Positions 1-7,809 of a DNA stretch of 64,000 nucleotides are shown piece by piece. Both the position numbers and the translations under genes were made by a program. Numbering within the stretch: position 1 is the first letter of the stretch; each line of letters starts with the position of its first letter. The stretch is from NCBI GenBank assembly GCA_044226205.1, contig JBGAHL010000016.1, forward strand, positions 8,208 to 72,207, read 5' to 3'. This DNA is from Saprospiraceae bacterium (GTDB taxonomy: Bacteria > Bacteroidota > Bacteroidia > Chitinophagales > Saprospiraceae). A model generated the notes under the pieces. It saw only the letters and a program-made list of their open reading frames with translations. It made no database searches and was not told the DNA's origin.

Positions 1-374
1 TCAACCGTTCCGTCTGCCTTTTTGCGCTCGGGCGCTTCGAAGAAGCCCTCGCCTCGATGCCCGAAACGTCGCCCTACGTGGGCTATCTGCTTATCCTGCG
101 CCGCCTTGAACTGAAAATCCTGTACGAAACCCAGTCCGACCTCCTGCCTTACAAAATCGATGCGTTCAAGATGTTTCTGAGCCGGGCATCCAACAAGTTC
201 CTTGCGCGCGCACTGCGCGAGTACCAGAACAATTTTGTCAACTTCCTTTACCAGATCACGCATTCCATCCGAGGCGACAAAAAACGCTCGGAGCGCCTTG
301 TCCGGCGTATTTCAACCCGAAAATTCGTGTCGGAACGCGAATGGCTGCTCGAAAAAGCGCGCCAATTGGCATGA
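1..374 (+). CDS. hypothetical protein, C-terminal fragment (gene begins upstream of the window)
   Basis: Frame 3 is open from nt 3 to the TGA at 372-374. The tracked ORF 57..374 is only the part after the first Met. No diagnostic motif recognised. Confidence 0.4.
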   Translation, partial: NRSVCLFALGRFEEALASMPETSPYVGYLLILRRLELKILYETQSDLLPYKIDAFKMFLSRASNKFLARALREYQNNFVNFLYQITHSIRGDKKRSERLVRRISTRKFVSEREWLLEKARQLA

Positions 375-611
375 TCAATCGGGAATACTCGTCCGGGCGC
401 GTTACAGTTTTAACTTTAAAATAATGCGATAGCAAGGGAAGGCGGGTCTTTTGTGCTGATTGTCAAGCATTTGGAGTCCTAATGTATGGCAGAATAGCCG
501 TAGAAAATCGTTATAGGCCGGTAAATGAAGGCAGGCCAGTTTTGCAGTATCAAAACAGCGCGTGCACCGCTGCCTCCTCCTTTCTTTACCTTCAAAACGA
601 TGTTTTTTACC

Positions 612-1046
612 ATGAAAAAACTCCTCTTTCTTCTCCCGGCCCTGGTCTTCGCCTTGTCGTATTGCAGCAAACAACAAACGGACGAACTCGTACCGGAAAC
701 CAACAGCACGGCTACCGAACGCACCATCTGCAACGTCGTGATCGGTGGCGACTCCGATTTCGAACTGTGCGGTACCCTCGCGCCGGGCACGGGCGCCTAT
801 TGCAACGCCTGCACGTCCGGCGGCTCCGGCTCCCTCCTTCACTATGGTACGCAGGCATTCCCGGCCGGCACCTGGGGGATTACGATCAATGCCCCCAGTC
901 CCCACTTCATCAGCATCCGCAACACGGGTAACCAGGTGGGCAATTACAAAATCGGCGCAGGCAGCAATCAGGTGCTGGTCACCCTGGCGCCCGGCGACTG
1001 TGAAGAACTGAAACTGGATGCCGGCTGCTTCGTGACGGTGATTTAA
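612..1046 (+). CDS. small secreted lipoprotein, unknown function
   Basis: An internal ATG at 612 gives MKKLLFLLPALVFALSYC, a signal peptide with a lipobox-like Cys. The upstream part of ORF 525..1046 has no signal-like character. A hairpin terminator follows. Confidence 0.6.
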   Translation: MKKLLFLLPALVFALSYCSKQQTDELVPETNSTATERTICNVVIGGDSDFELCGTLAPGTGAYCNACTSGGSGSLLHYGTQAFPAGTWGITINAPSPHFISIRNTGNQVGNYKIGAGSNQVLVTLAPGDCEELKLDAGCFVTVI

Positions 1047-1072
1047 ATTGCTGATTTACAACTACCTAAGAA

Positions 1073-1111
1073 AGTCGGGGCAGCCTTCGTGGCCGCCCCG
1101 ACTATTTTTTT
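1073..1111 (+). terminator. rho-independent terminator after the lipoprotein gene
   Basis: A 9-bp stem agtcggggc/gccccgact (1073-1081 with 1095-1103) is followed by a T7 run at 1105-1111. Confidence 0.6.
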
Positions 1112-1115
1112 ACGG

Positions 1116-1155
1116 TAAAAACTTAGGCAGGGGCGCTGCCCCTGCCTAAGTTTTT
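1116..1155. terminator. bidirectional hairpin terminator containing one copy of the GGGGCGCTGCCCCTGC repeat
   Basis: A 12-bp stem cttaggcagggg/cccctgcctaag (1122-1133 with 1139-1150) is flanked by an A-run on the left and a T-run on the right. It lies between the convergent lipoprotein and nadE genes. The same 16-mer recurs at 61812-61960. Confidence 0.55.
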
Positions 1156-1160
1156 ACTTT

Positions 1161-2912
1161 TTACGACAAATATTTCGCTTCAATCGGCATCCTTCGGCCC
1201 ATGCCGAATGCCTTGGGACTTACGCGCAGCACGGGCGCGGCCTGTTCTCTTTTGAATTCGCTGATATTGACCAGTCGCAACACCCGCGCCACCAAATCGT
1301 GATCGAAGCCCTGGGCTTCCAGTTCGCGGGGCCCCTGCCGCCGCTCGATGTACTGGTAGAGCAACTGATCGAGCACCTCGTAAGGCGGCAGGCTGTCGGT
1401 GTCTTTTTGTCCGGGCCGCAACTCGGCGCTGGGCGGTTTGGTGATGGAATTGAGGGGGATGAGACCGCCGCCGCGGAGGGCCCCACCCCCAACCCCTCCC
1501 CCCAAGGGGAGGGGAGCCGATCCGAGCTGGGAACCACTCCCCTCCCCTTGGGGGGAGAGGTTGGGGGTGGGGCCTCCCGCATAGCAATCATTTATGTACT
1601 TCGCCAGTTCGTACACCTCCGTTTTATACACGTCTGCCAGCACGGCGAGGCCGCCGCAAAGATCACCGTAGAGGGTGCCGTAGCCGACCGACATTTCGCT
1701 TTTGTTGGTCGTATTGAGCAGGATGTTGCCGAATTTGTTCGACATGGCCATCAGCAAGGTGCCACGTACGCGAGCCTGGATGTTTTCTTCCGTGACGTTG
1801 AACGGGAGATCCTTGAAAAAAGGCTGCAAAGCGCCCTCAAAGGCATCGTACATGTTTTTGATGGGGACAATGTCGTACTGGATGCCGAGGTTTTCGGCAA
1901 GGTCGCGGGCGTCGTCGACGGAGTGGCCGGTGCTGAACTGGCTGGGCAGGAGCAGCACCCGGACATTTTCCTTGCCCAGCGCCTTGACCGCCAGCACAGT
2001 CGTCACAGCCGAGTCGATGCCGCCGGAAAGGCCGAGAATGGCTTTTTTGAAGCCGAGTTTGTGGAAATATTCGCGGATGCCTTCTACCAGGGCATCGTGG
2101 ATGAGCCGGGTTTTGTCCTTGGGTTGCTCGGCATCGCGGCCGCCGCGCGCCACCTCGTCGAGGTCATACACGCGCAGGCATTCCTCAAAATAGGGCATCT
2201 CGTCGAACACCTTGCAGTCGGGCGAAACCACGAGGCTGCCGCCGTCGAAAATAATGTCGGTCTGGGCGCCCACGTGGTTGGCGTAGAACATGGGCACGCC
2301 GTAGCGCTCCACATTGGTTTTTACCGTGTGAATACGCAGGGTGGCGTGGGTGTAGTCGAAGGGCGAAGCGGAAAGGTTGAGGATGAAATCCGGGCGCTCG
2401 TCCATCATTTCATCGAGTGGACAAATTTTGTACAGCGGGTTTTCATTGCCCACATTCCAGATGTCTTCGCAGATCGAGAGCGCTATTTTTTTGCCTTTAA
2501 AATTAAAGGTATGAAACTCGGTGGCCGGCTCGAAGTAGCGGTACTCGTCAAAAATATCGTAGGTCGGCAACAGGGTTTTGTGCTGTACGCCCAAAATCCG
2601 GCCTTCCCAAAGGAAAAAAGCCGAGTTGTGCAGATCCTTGCCTTCCCGAACGGGGTTGCGTGTCGGCGAACCCACGACGATGGCGATATCGCGGGAGGCT
2701 TCGCGCAGTTTTTCCACGGAGGCGTCGCTGCGGCGGATAAAGTCGTCGAATTCAAGGAAGTCGCGGGGTGGGTAGCCGCAGGTGGCCAGTTCGCCGAAAC
2801 AAATCAGGTCGGCGCCCTGCCGGCGGGCCTCCGCCGCGGCATCGAGCATTTTCTGGAGGTTGCCTTCGAAGTTGCCGATATGGTAGTTGAGTTGAGCCAG
2901 GGCTATTTTCAT
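1161..2912 (-). CDS. nadE: glutamine-dependent NAD+ synthetase (N-terminal CN-hydrolase domain plus NAD synthase domain)
   Basis: Start taken at MKIALAQLNYH, Met19 of ORF 1161..2966. The nitrilase-type motifs CFGELATCGYP and ALSICEDIW and the PP-loop LGLSGGIDSAV are present. The C-terminal block ITKPPSAELRPGQKDTDSLPPY is typical of NadE. Confidence 0.93.
   Translation of the reverse strand: MKIALAQLNYHIGNFEGNLQKMLDAAAEARRQGADLICFGELATCGYPPRDFLEFDDFIRRSDASVEKLREASRDIAIVVGSPTRNPVREGKDLHNSAFFLWEGRILGVQHKTLLPTYDIFDEYRYFEPATEFHTFNFKGKKIALSICEDIWNVGNENPLYKICPLDEMMDERPDFILNLSASPFDYTHATLRIHTVKTNVERYGVPMFYANHVGAQTDIIFDGGSLVVSPDCKVFDEMPYFEECLRVYDLDEVARGGRDAEQPKDKTRLIHDALVEGIREYFHKLGFKKAILGLSGGIDSAVTTVLAVKALGKENVRVLLLPSQFSTGHSVDDARDLAENLGIQYDIVPIKNMYDAFEGALQPFFKDLPFNVTEENIQARVRGTLLMAMSNKFGNILLNTTNKSEMSVGYGTLYGDLCGGLAVLADVYKTEVYELAKYINDCYAGGPTPNLSPQGEGSGSQLGSAPLPLGGGVGGGALRGGGLIPLNSITKPPSAELRPGQKDTDSLPPYEVLDQLLYQYIERRQGPRELEAQGFDHDLVARVLRLVNISEFKREQAAPVLRVSPKAFGMGRRMPIEAKYLS
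1464..1586. repeat. nested palindromic repeat element inserted in-frame in nadE
   Basis: The 42-nt arms 1475-1516 and 1537-1578 are reverse complements at 39 of 42 positions, with a 20-nt spacer. Each arm contains a cccctcccc/ggggagggg mini-hairpin. The element is translated as a Gly/Pro-rich segment of about 41 aa. Confidence 0.7.
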
Positions 2913-2933
2913 GCGACGGGTAGTTTTATGCGG

Positions 2934-2941
2934 CAAATGTA
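2934..2941 (-). promoter_or_regulatory. Bacteroidota -7 box (TAcaTTTG) upstream of nadE
   Basis: The reverse complement of caaatgta is TACATTTG, matching the TAnnTTTG consensus. It lies about 22 nt upstream of the nadE ATG. Confidence 0.4.
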
Positions 2942-3115
2942 GTGCCTGCGGGCAGATGGGATCCAATGGATTTAGCGGCGCTGAAATTTATGGAAACGAA
3001 AAGATTCACTTTCAGCACGCTATTTTTCAACAAAATCCAAAGCCTGCTGTCTGACGTATCTTGTAAATCTTGACCAAGAAGCCCTCAAAACCAGTCCGCA
3101 AGCAACCGGAACGTT

Positions 3116-3123
3116 TACCTTTG
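3116..3123 (+). promoter_or_regulatory. Bacteroidota -7 box (TAccTTTG) upstream of ubiE
   Basis: TACCTTTG ends 10 nt before the ATG at 3134. Confidence 0.4.
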
Positions 3124-3133
3124 CGCCAGTTTT

Positions 3134-3868
3134 ATGAAAGAAAAATCTGTGGTCACTCCGTACAACGACGCCGAAGCCAAAAAAGCACAGGTGGAGCGCA
3201 TGTTCGACAACATCGCGCCGAAATACGACCTGCTCAACCGCGTGCTTTCACTCGGCATCGACATACAGTGGCGAAAAAAAGCCCTGAATTACCTGCGCGA
3301 CCTTGCGCCGCAAAGCCTGCTCGACGTGGCAACCGGCACGGCCGACGTGGCCATCATGGCCGCCCGCCGACTGGGGCCGAAACAAATCATCGGCATCGAT
3401 ATCGCCAACCAAATGCTCGATATCGGCCGCGACAAGATCGGGAAAGCGGGTTTGCAGGACACCATCAGCCTCGAAACCGGCGACAGCGAAAACCTGCGTT
3501 TTGCCGACAACAGCTTCGACGCGGTCACTGTGGCTTTCGGGGTGCGCAATTTTGAAAACCTGGAAAAAGGCCTCGCAGAAATGCTGCGCGTACTCCGCCC
3601 GGGCGGCCGTGTGGTCATTCTGGAATTCTCCAAACCGGGTATTTTTCCGATAAAACAGCTGTACAACAGCTACTTCAAATACGTTTTGCCCCTGATCGGG
3701 CGTTTAACCAGCCGTGACATGCGCGCTTACACCTATCTCTTCGAAAGTGTGCAGGCGTTTCCCGAAGGCAAGGACTTTCTCAACATTTTATCCAAAACCG
3801 GTTATCAAAATCCACAATGCGAACGATTGACGCTCGGAATATGCTCCATTTACACTGCAATAAAATAA
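3134..3868 (+). CDS. ubiE: demethylmenaquinone/ubiquinone C-methyltransferase (UbiE/MenG family)
   Basis: The N-terminal block VERMFDNIAPKYDLLNRVLSLGIDIQWRK and the SAM motif LLDVATGTADVA are present. The 244-aa length is typical of the family. Confidence 0.9.
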   Translation: MKEKSVVTPYNDAEAKKAQVERMFDNIAPKYDLLNRVLSLGIDIQWRKKALNYLRDLAPQSLLDVATGTADVAIMAARRLGPKQIIGIDIANQMLDIGRDKIGKAGLQDTISLETGDSENLRFADNSFDAVTVAFGVRNFENLEKGLAEMLRVLRPGGRVVILEFSKPGIFPIKQLYNSYFKYVLPLIGRLTSRDMRAYTYLFESVQAFPEGKDFLNILSKTGYQNPQCERLTLGICSIYTAIK

Positions 3869-4587
3869 TCGGGACGGCCTCCAGAGTGCTGGCGGTTTGC
3901 CTGTTGCTGAGCTTCGTGGCGGCGCCCGAGGCAAAAGCCCAGTTCTCTTCGGGCCAAAACCTGAACTACCGCGATTTTCAGAACAAGCCCTATTATTTCG
4001 GCATCACGCTGGGGTACAACCAGAGCGATTTCCGCATTTTTCACTCGAAAAACTTCATTGCCAGCGATTCTTTCAGCCGCGCGGAATCGGTCACTGGCCC
4101 CGGTTTTAACCTCGGTATCGTGTCGAACCTGAAAATCGGGGAGTACTTCGACGTGCGCTTTTTGCCGACGCTCTCCTTTGCCGAGCGCAACATTCGCTAC
4201 GCCCCGCCCGGCGAAAATTCCATCTTGCTCACCCGCCGCATTGAGTCGGTTTTTGTGGAAATGCCTTTTCATGTGCGCTACAAATCGGCGCCGTTCCACG
4301 ATTTCCGCCTTTTCGTCATCGGCGGCGTCAAGTACGTGTTCGACGTAGCGAGCGACTCCCGCACCCGGCAGGCGGCAGGTCTGGTCAAAATCGCGCCGAC
4401 CGACTTCCAGGTGGAATACGGGGCTGGCATCCAGTTCTTTTTCCCGTATTTTATTTTCTCCCCGGAGTTCAAAATCTCACAGGGCATCAACAATATCCTG
4501 ATCTACAACGACCGGCTCGAGCAAAGCACCATTCTGGAAAAAGTGATGTCGCGAACCTTTACCATTTCGCTGCACTTCGAAGGATAA
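3841..4587 (+). CDS. PorT-family outer-membrane beta-barrel protein (T9SS-associated family)
   Basis: A signal peptide ends in AAPEAKAQ. Alternating beta-strand patterns such as FGITLGYNQSDF, GFNLGIVSNL and VEMPFHVRYK are present, with a terminal aromatic-rich strand. Position directly after ubiE is a common Bacteroidota arrangement. The start is uncertain: ATG 3841 overlaps the ubiE stop, and GTG 3886 is an alternative. Confidence 0.6.
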   Translation: MLHLHCNKIIGTASRVLAVCLLLSFVAAPEAKAQFSSGQNLNYRDFQNKPYYFGITLGYNQSDFRIFHSKNFIASDSFSRAESVTGPGFNLGIVSNLKIGEYFDVRFLPTLSFAERNIRYAPPGENSILLTRRIESVFVEMPFHVRYKSAPFHDFRLFVIGGVKYVFDVASDSRTRQAAGLVKIAPTDFQVEYGAGIQFFFPYFIFSPEFKISQGINNILIYNDRLEQSTILEKVMSRTFTISLHFEG

Positions 4588-4615
4588 GCGCCGGATTTCC
4601 CGCAAAAAAAATTCC

Positions 4616-4662
4616 CAGATGTTACACAGAATCAAGGTCTTCTGTGTAACATCTGTTTTTTT
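4616..4662 (+). terminator. rho-independent terminator
   Basis: A perfect 16-bp stem cagatgttacacagaa/ttctgtgtaacatctg with an 8-nt loop is followed by T7. Confidence 0.75.
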
Positions 4663-4708
4663 ATATCAGGGGCAGGATGTCCTGAAAAGCCGCCCCGCCG
4701 GGAATTGC

Positions 4709-4716
4709 TATATTTG
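4709..4716 (+). promoter_or_regulatory. Bacteroidota -7 box (TAtaTTTG) upstream of dnaG
   Basis: TATATTTG ends 11 nt before the ATG at 4728. Confidence 0.4.
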
Positions 4717-4727
4717 CCAGACGACAA

Positions 4728-6698
4728 ATGATTACCGCCAAAACCGTCCGGGAAATCCTCGACGCAGTCCGTATCGAAGAAGTGATCGAGGAGTTTGTGA
4801 GCCTGCGCCGCCGCGGGATCAACCTGATTGGTTTGTGCCCTTTCCACCACGAAAAAACGCCGTCGTTCAACGTCAATCCTGCGCGCAACCTGTTCAAGTG
4901 TTTTGGCTGCGGCAAAGCCGGCGACGCCATCACGTTCCTGCGCGAACACGAGCAGTTCTCTTACCCGGAAGCCCTGCGCTGGCTGGCCAGAAAGTACAAT
5001 ATCGAGATCGAAGAGGCAGAACTCAGTCCCGAGCAGCGGGCCGCCGATCAGATGGCCGAGTCCTTGTACATCGTCAATGATTTTGGTCTGAAGCATTTTC
5101 AGGAGCAACTGTTCGACACCGACGAGGGCAAATCCGTGGCGCTTTCCTACTTCCGTCAGCGCGGCCTGCGCGAAGACACGATCCGCACTTTCGGGCTGGG
5201 CTACGCCCCCGACCAGCGCGACCTGCTCATGCAACGGGCGCGCACGACCGGCCACTCCGTGGAATTGCTCAAAAAAGTCGGGCTCTGCAGCAACGACGGT
5301 TCGCGGGATTTTTTTCGCGGACGAGTCATGTTCGCCATTCACAACCTCTCGGGAAAAGTGGCCGCTTTCGCGGGCCGCACGATGTCGGCCGACAAGTCGG
5401 TTCCGAAATACATCAACAGCCCGGAAACCGAGATTTATGTCAAAAACAAAACCCTTTACGGCGCATTTCAGGCTAAAAAAGCCATTCGCCAGCAGGATGA
5501 ATGCATCCTGGTCGAGGGTTATATGGACGTCATTTCGCTGTACCAGGCCGGCATCGAAAACGTGGTGGCCAGCAGCGGCACCTCGCTGACGGAAGGACAA
5601 CTCAACCTCATCCGCCGCAACACCAACAACCTCAAAATTCTGTACGACGGCGATCCGGCGGGCATCAAAGCAGCCCTTCGCGGCCTCGATCTGGCCCTCG
5701 AACAGGACCTCAATGTGCGCATCGTACTGTTGCCCGATGGCGAAGACCCTGACAGCTACGTGCAAAAGGTCGGCAGCGAGGCTTTTCTGGAATATGTGGC
5801 CCGCGAAGCGAAGGATTTTATCCTGTTCAAAACCCAGCTGTTGCTGTCGGAGATCAAAGGCGACCCGATCAAAAAAGCGGGTTTGGTGAAAGATATCGTT
5901 GCCAGTATTTCCCGTATTCCCGACCCGATCAAGCGCAGCGTTTACCAAAAAGAATGTGCCAGCCTGCTCGATGTAGCGGAGCCTGCGCTCGTGGAAGAAA
6001 CCAACAAACTGATCACGCAGGGCCTCAAAAAACAGGAAGAACGCAAGGCCCGCGCCCCCGAAGCAGCATCCGATTCGCCCGATGCGCAGCCCAACCCCGA
6101 GGTGCCGGTGGAAGATCCCGCGTTTGCACGGCCAAGGGAGCGTCCGATGGCACGCGGAGATGAGTTTCAGGAACGTTATATCATTCGACTTTTGGTGTTG
6201 TATGGCGATCAAATACTACCCGAAGGCGTATCCGTGGCCGAGTACATTTTGGCTGATATCGAGGATTCGCTAGGTAGTTTTGACAATCCGCTTTATGGGA
6301 AAATTGCGACGGAATGCCATGATTTACTGCTTCAAAATCAAAATGTGGATTCCAATTATTTCCTGAGTCATACGAATCGTGATGTGCAAAGTTTGGCGCT
6401 TGATTTTCTGAATGAGCCTGATGAATACTCACCCAATTGGGAAGAACGGTACAATTACCCCTTGCAAAACCAAAAGCCGCCCGAGTTCAATTTTGATCCT
6501 GATACGCGCCAGGCCTTGGATCGGTTCAAAATCCGGAAAATTGAAAAAATGGTAGACATCAATAAATCGCGCCTGAAATCGGCCCAGGAGCAAGGCGATG
6601 TAGAAAATGTGGAACGTTATGTAAAAATCCACATGAAACTGACCGATGCTCGTAACGACGTGATCCGCCGTGCAGGTACTGTGGTAATCCCCAAATAG
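4728..6698 (+). CDS. dnaG: DNA primase
   Basis: The zinc-ribbon CPFHHEKTPSFNVNPARNLFKCFGCGKAGD and the TOPRIM motifs LVEGYMDVISL and LYDGDPAG are present. Confidence 0.93.
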   Translation: MITAKTVREILDAVRIEEVIEEFVSLRRRGINLIGLCPFHHEKTPSFNVNPARNLFKCFGCGKAGDAITFLREHEQFSYPEALRWLARKYNIEIEEAELSPEQRAADQMAESLYIVNDFGLKHFQEQLFDTDEGKSVALSYFRQRGLREDTIRTFGLGYAPDQRDLLMQRARTTGHSVELLKKVGLCSNDGSRDFFRGRVMFAIHNLSGKVAAFAGRTMSADKSVPKYINSPETEIYVKNKTLYGAFQAKKAIRQQDECILVEGYMDVISLYQAGIENVVASSGTSLTEGQLNLIRRNTNNLKILYDGDPAGIKAALRGLDLALEQDLNVRIVLLPDGEDPDSYVQKVGSEAFLEYVAREAKDFILFKTQLLLSEIKGDPIKKAGLVKDIVASISRIPDPIKRSVYQKECASLLDVAEPALVEETNKLITQGLKKQEERKARAPEAASDSPDAQPNPEVPVEDPAFARPRERPMARGDEFQERYIIRLLVLYGDQILPEGVSVAEYILADIEDSLGSFDNPLYGKIATECHDLLLQNQNVDSNYFLSHTNRDVQSLALDFLNEPDEYSPNWEERYNYPLQNQKPPEFNFDPDTRQALDRFKIRKIEKMVDINKSRLKSAQEQGDVENVERYVKIHMKLTDARNDVIRRAGTVVIPK

Positions 6699-7165
6699 CT
6701 ACATACGTTTTGCCGCGATGCGGCGCCCTTCGATCCGCCGGCAACCATGTGCTACATACGTGATGCCGCGATGCGGCAGGGTTTGCTCCGTGTAAAATCA
6801 TGAGATTTGGATGCAAGGATTTTGGTTTTCGAGAATATTCAACTGATGCTTCAAAGTCTAGTTGTTTTCTATTGACCGAACCCTGCCGCATCACGCATGT
6901 AGCACATGGTTTTCCGGGGAATGAACCCTGCCGCATCGCGGCATCACGTATGTAGCACATGGTTTTCCGGGGATCGAGCCCTGCCGCATCGCGGCATAAC
7001 GTATGTAGCACATGGTTTGCCGGCGGATCGAACCCTGCCGCATCGCGGCATAACGTATGTAGCACATGGTTTTCCGGGGATCGAATCCTGTCGCATCGCG
7101 GCATCACGGTATGTAGCACATGGTTGTCGGCGGATCGAAGGGCACCGCATCGCGGCATAACATAT
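6699..7165. repeat. REP-like repeat array (about 53-54-bp units)
   Basis: Direct copies of gaaccctgccgcatcgcggcatcacgtatgtagcacatggttttccggggatc start at 6878, 6923, 6976, 7030, 7083 and 7137 (the last is partial). Two inverted copies lie at 6699-6790. Each unit has gccgc-N3-gcggc and catgt-N3-acatg hairpins and a GTAG tetranucleotide. The outermost units, 6699-6751 and 7112-7165, are inverted copies of each other. Confidence 0.8.
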
Positions 7166-7337
7166 AAATCAAAGCATCTCTGGGGTAATGTGTTTTTGCC
7201 TAAATATCTGATAGTCAATTCCTTAATGCTTGTTTTTTTGAAAAATATTTTCCCAGCAACCTGCGACTAACACCAACGGGCCTTTAAATTTCGACGCTTT
7301 TGATTTATTTTTCAAAACATAATGTGTCCGGAAAACA

Positions 7338-7799
7338 ATGGCCAATACTTACACTCAACTCTACATCCAGTTGGTTTTTGCTGTTAAACACAGAAATGCA
7401 CTCATTGAAAAAAGTTGGAAAGAGGAGATACACAGGTACATCACTGGGATCGTGGAAAATAATGGTCATAAACTACTGCGTGTACATGCCATGCCAGACC
7501 ACATCCACATTTTGATCGGTTATCATCCCGATCAGTCCATCGCGGATCTGGTAAAAGAAATCAAAATGTCGTCCAATCATTTTATCAATGAACAAAAGCT
7601 AAGTTCACGGCTGTTTGCCTGGCAAAAAGGATACGGAGCATTTTCTTACAGCCGCTCACAAGTACCGATGGTAGCGCGATATATTGAAAATCAAGAGCAG
7701 CATCACGCCGGCAAGAATTTTCAGCAGGAATATTTGAGTATCCTGAATAATGCCGGAGTTCCTTCCGATCCCCGTTATTTGTTCGAGTTTTTTGATTAA
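7338..7799 (+). CDS. IS200/IS605-like Y1 (HUH) transposase homolog, likely a REP-associated tyrosine transposase (RAYT-like)
   Basis: The protein is 153 aa, with the HUH motif PDHIHILIG and the Tyr region GYGAFSYSRSQVPMVARYIENQEQHH. It is a single gene without tnpB, lies next to the REP-like array, and has lower GC than its neighbours. Confidence 0.8.
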   Translation: MANTYTQLYIQLVFAVKHRNALIEKSWKEEIHRYITGIVENNGHKLLRVHAMPDHIHILIGYHPDQSIADLVKEIKMSSNHFINEQKLSSRLFAWQKGYGAFSYSRSQVPMVARYIENQEQHHAGKNFQQEYLSILNNAGVPSDPRYLFEFFD

Positions 7800-7809
7800 A
7801 ACCGAACTC

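Noticed and set aside
402-1011. ORFs 402..905 and 479..790 (minus strand) and 482..931 and 745..1011 (plus strand), overlapping the lipoprotein gene region.
   Set aside because: They show no motifs and have Arg/Gly-rich composition. The frame with the signal peptide and lipobox, which also has a downstream terminator, is the better model.
1299-2942. A 547-aa ORF antisense to nadE. Similar long antisense or out-of-frame ORFs occur elsewhere: 4632..6212 opposite dnaG, 11199..13277 opposite bglX, 13652..15613 opposite the cytochrome gene, 16273..17529, 17976..19100, 20012..20842, 22027..22872, 23602..24399, 34989.. and 36507..37337 opposite priA, 44015..45151 and 45656..46855 opposite the TonB-dependent receptor gene, 60089..60991 and 62177..63499.
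   Set aside because: In every case the opposite strand encodes a protein with clear family motifs. The shadow ORFs translate to Arg/Gly/Ala/Val-rich low-information sequence. This is typical of stop-codon depletion in a ~60% GC genome.
6699-7165. Whether the tandem repeats at 6699-7165 or 19261-19444 could be CRISPR arrays.
   Set aside because: The units are contiguous with no unique spacers. The unit lengths and internal hairpins do not fit CRISPR repeats, and no cas genes are present in the window.
6559-7270. ORFs running through the REP-like array: 6559..7218 on the minus strand, and 6906..7160, 6944..7150 and 6959..7270.
   Set aside because: Their translations are periodic echoes of the 53-bp DNA repeat (…PHRGITYVAHG…). 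They are artefacts of tandem repeats without stop codons.
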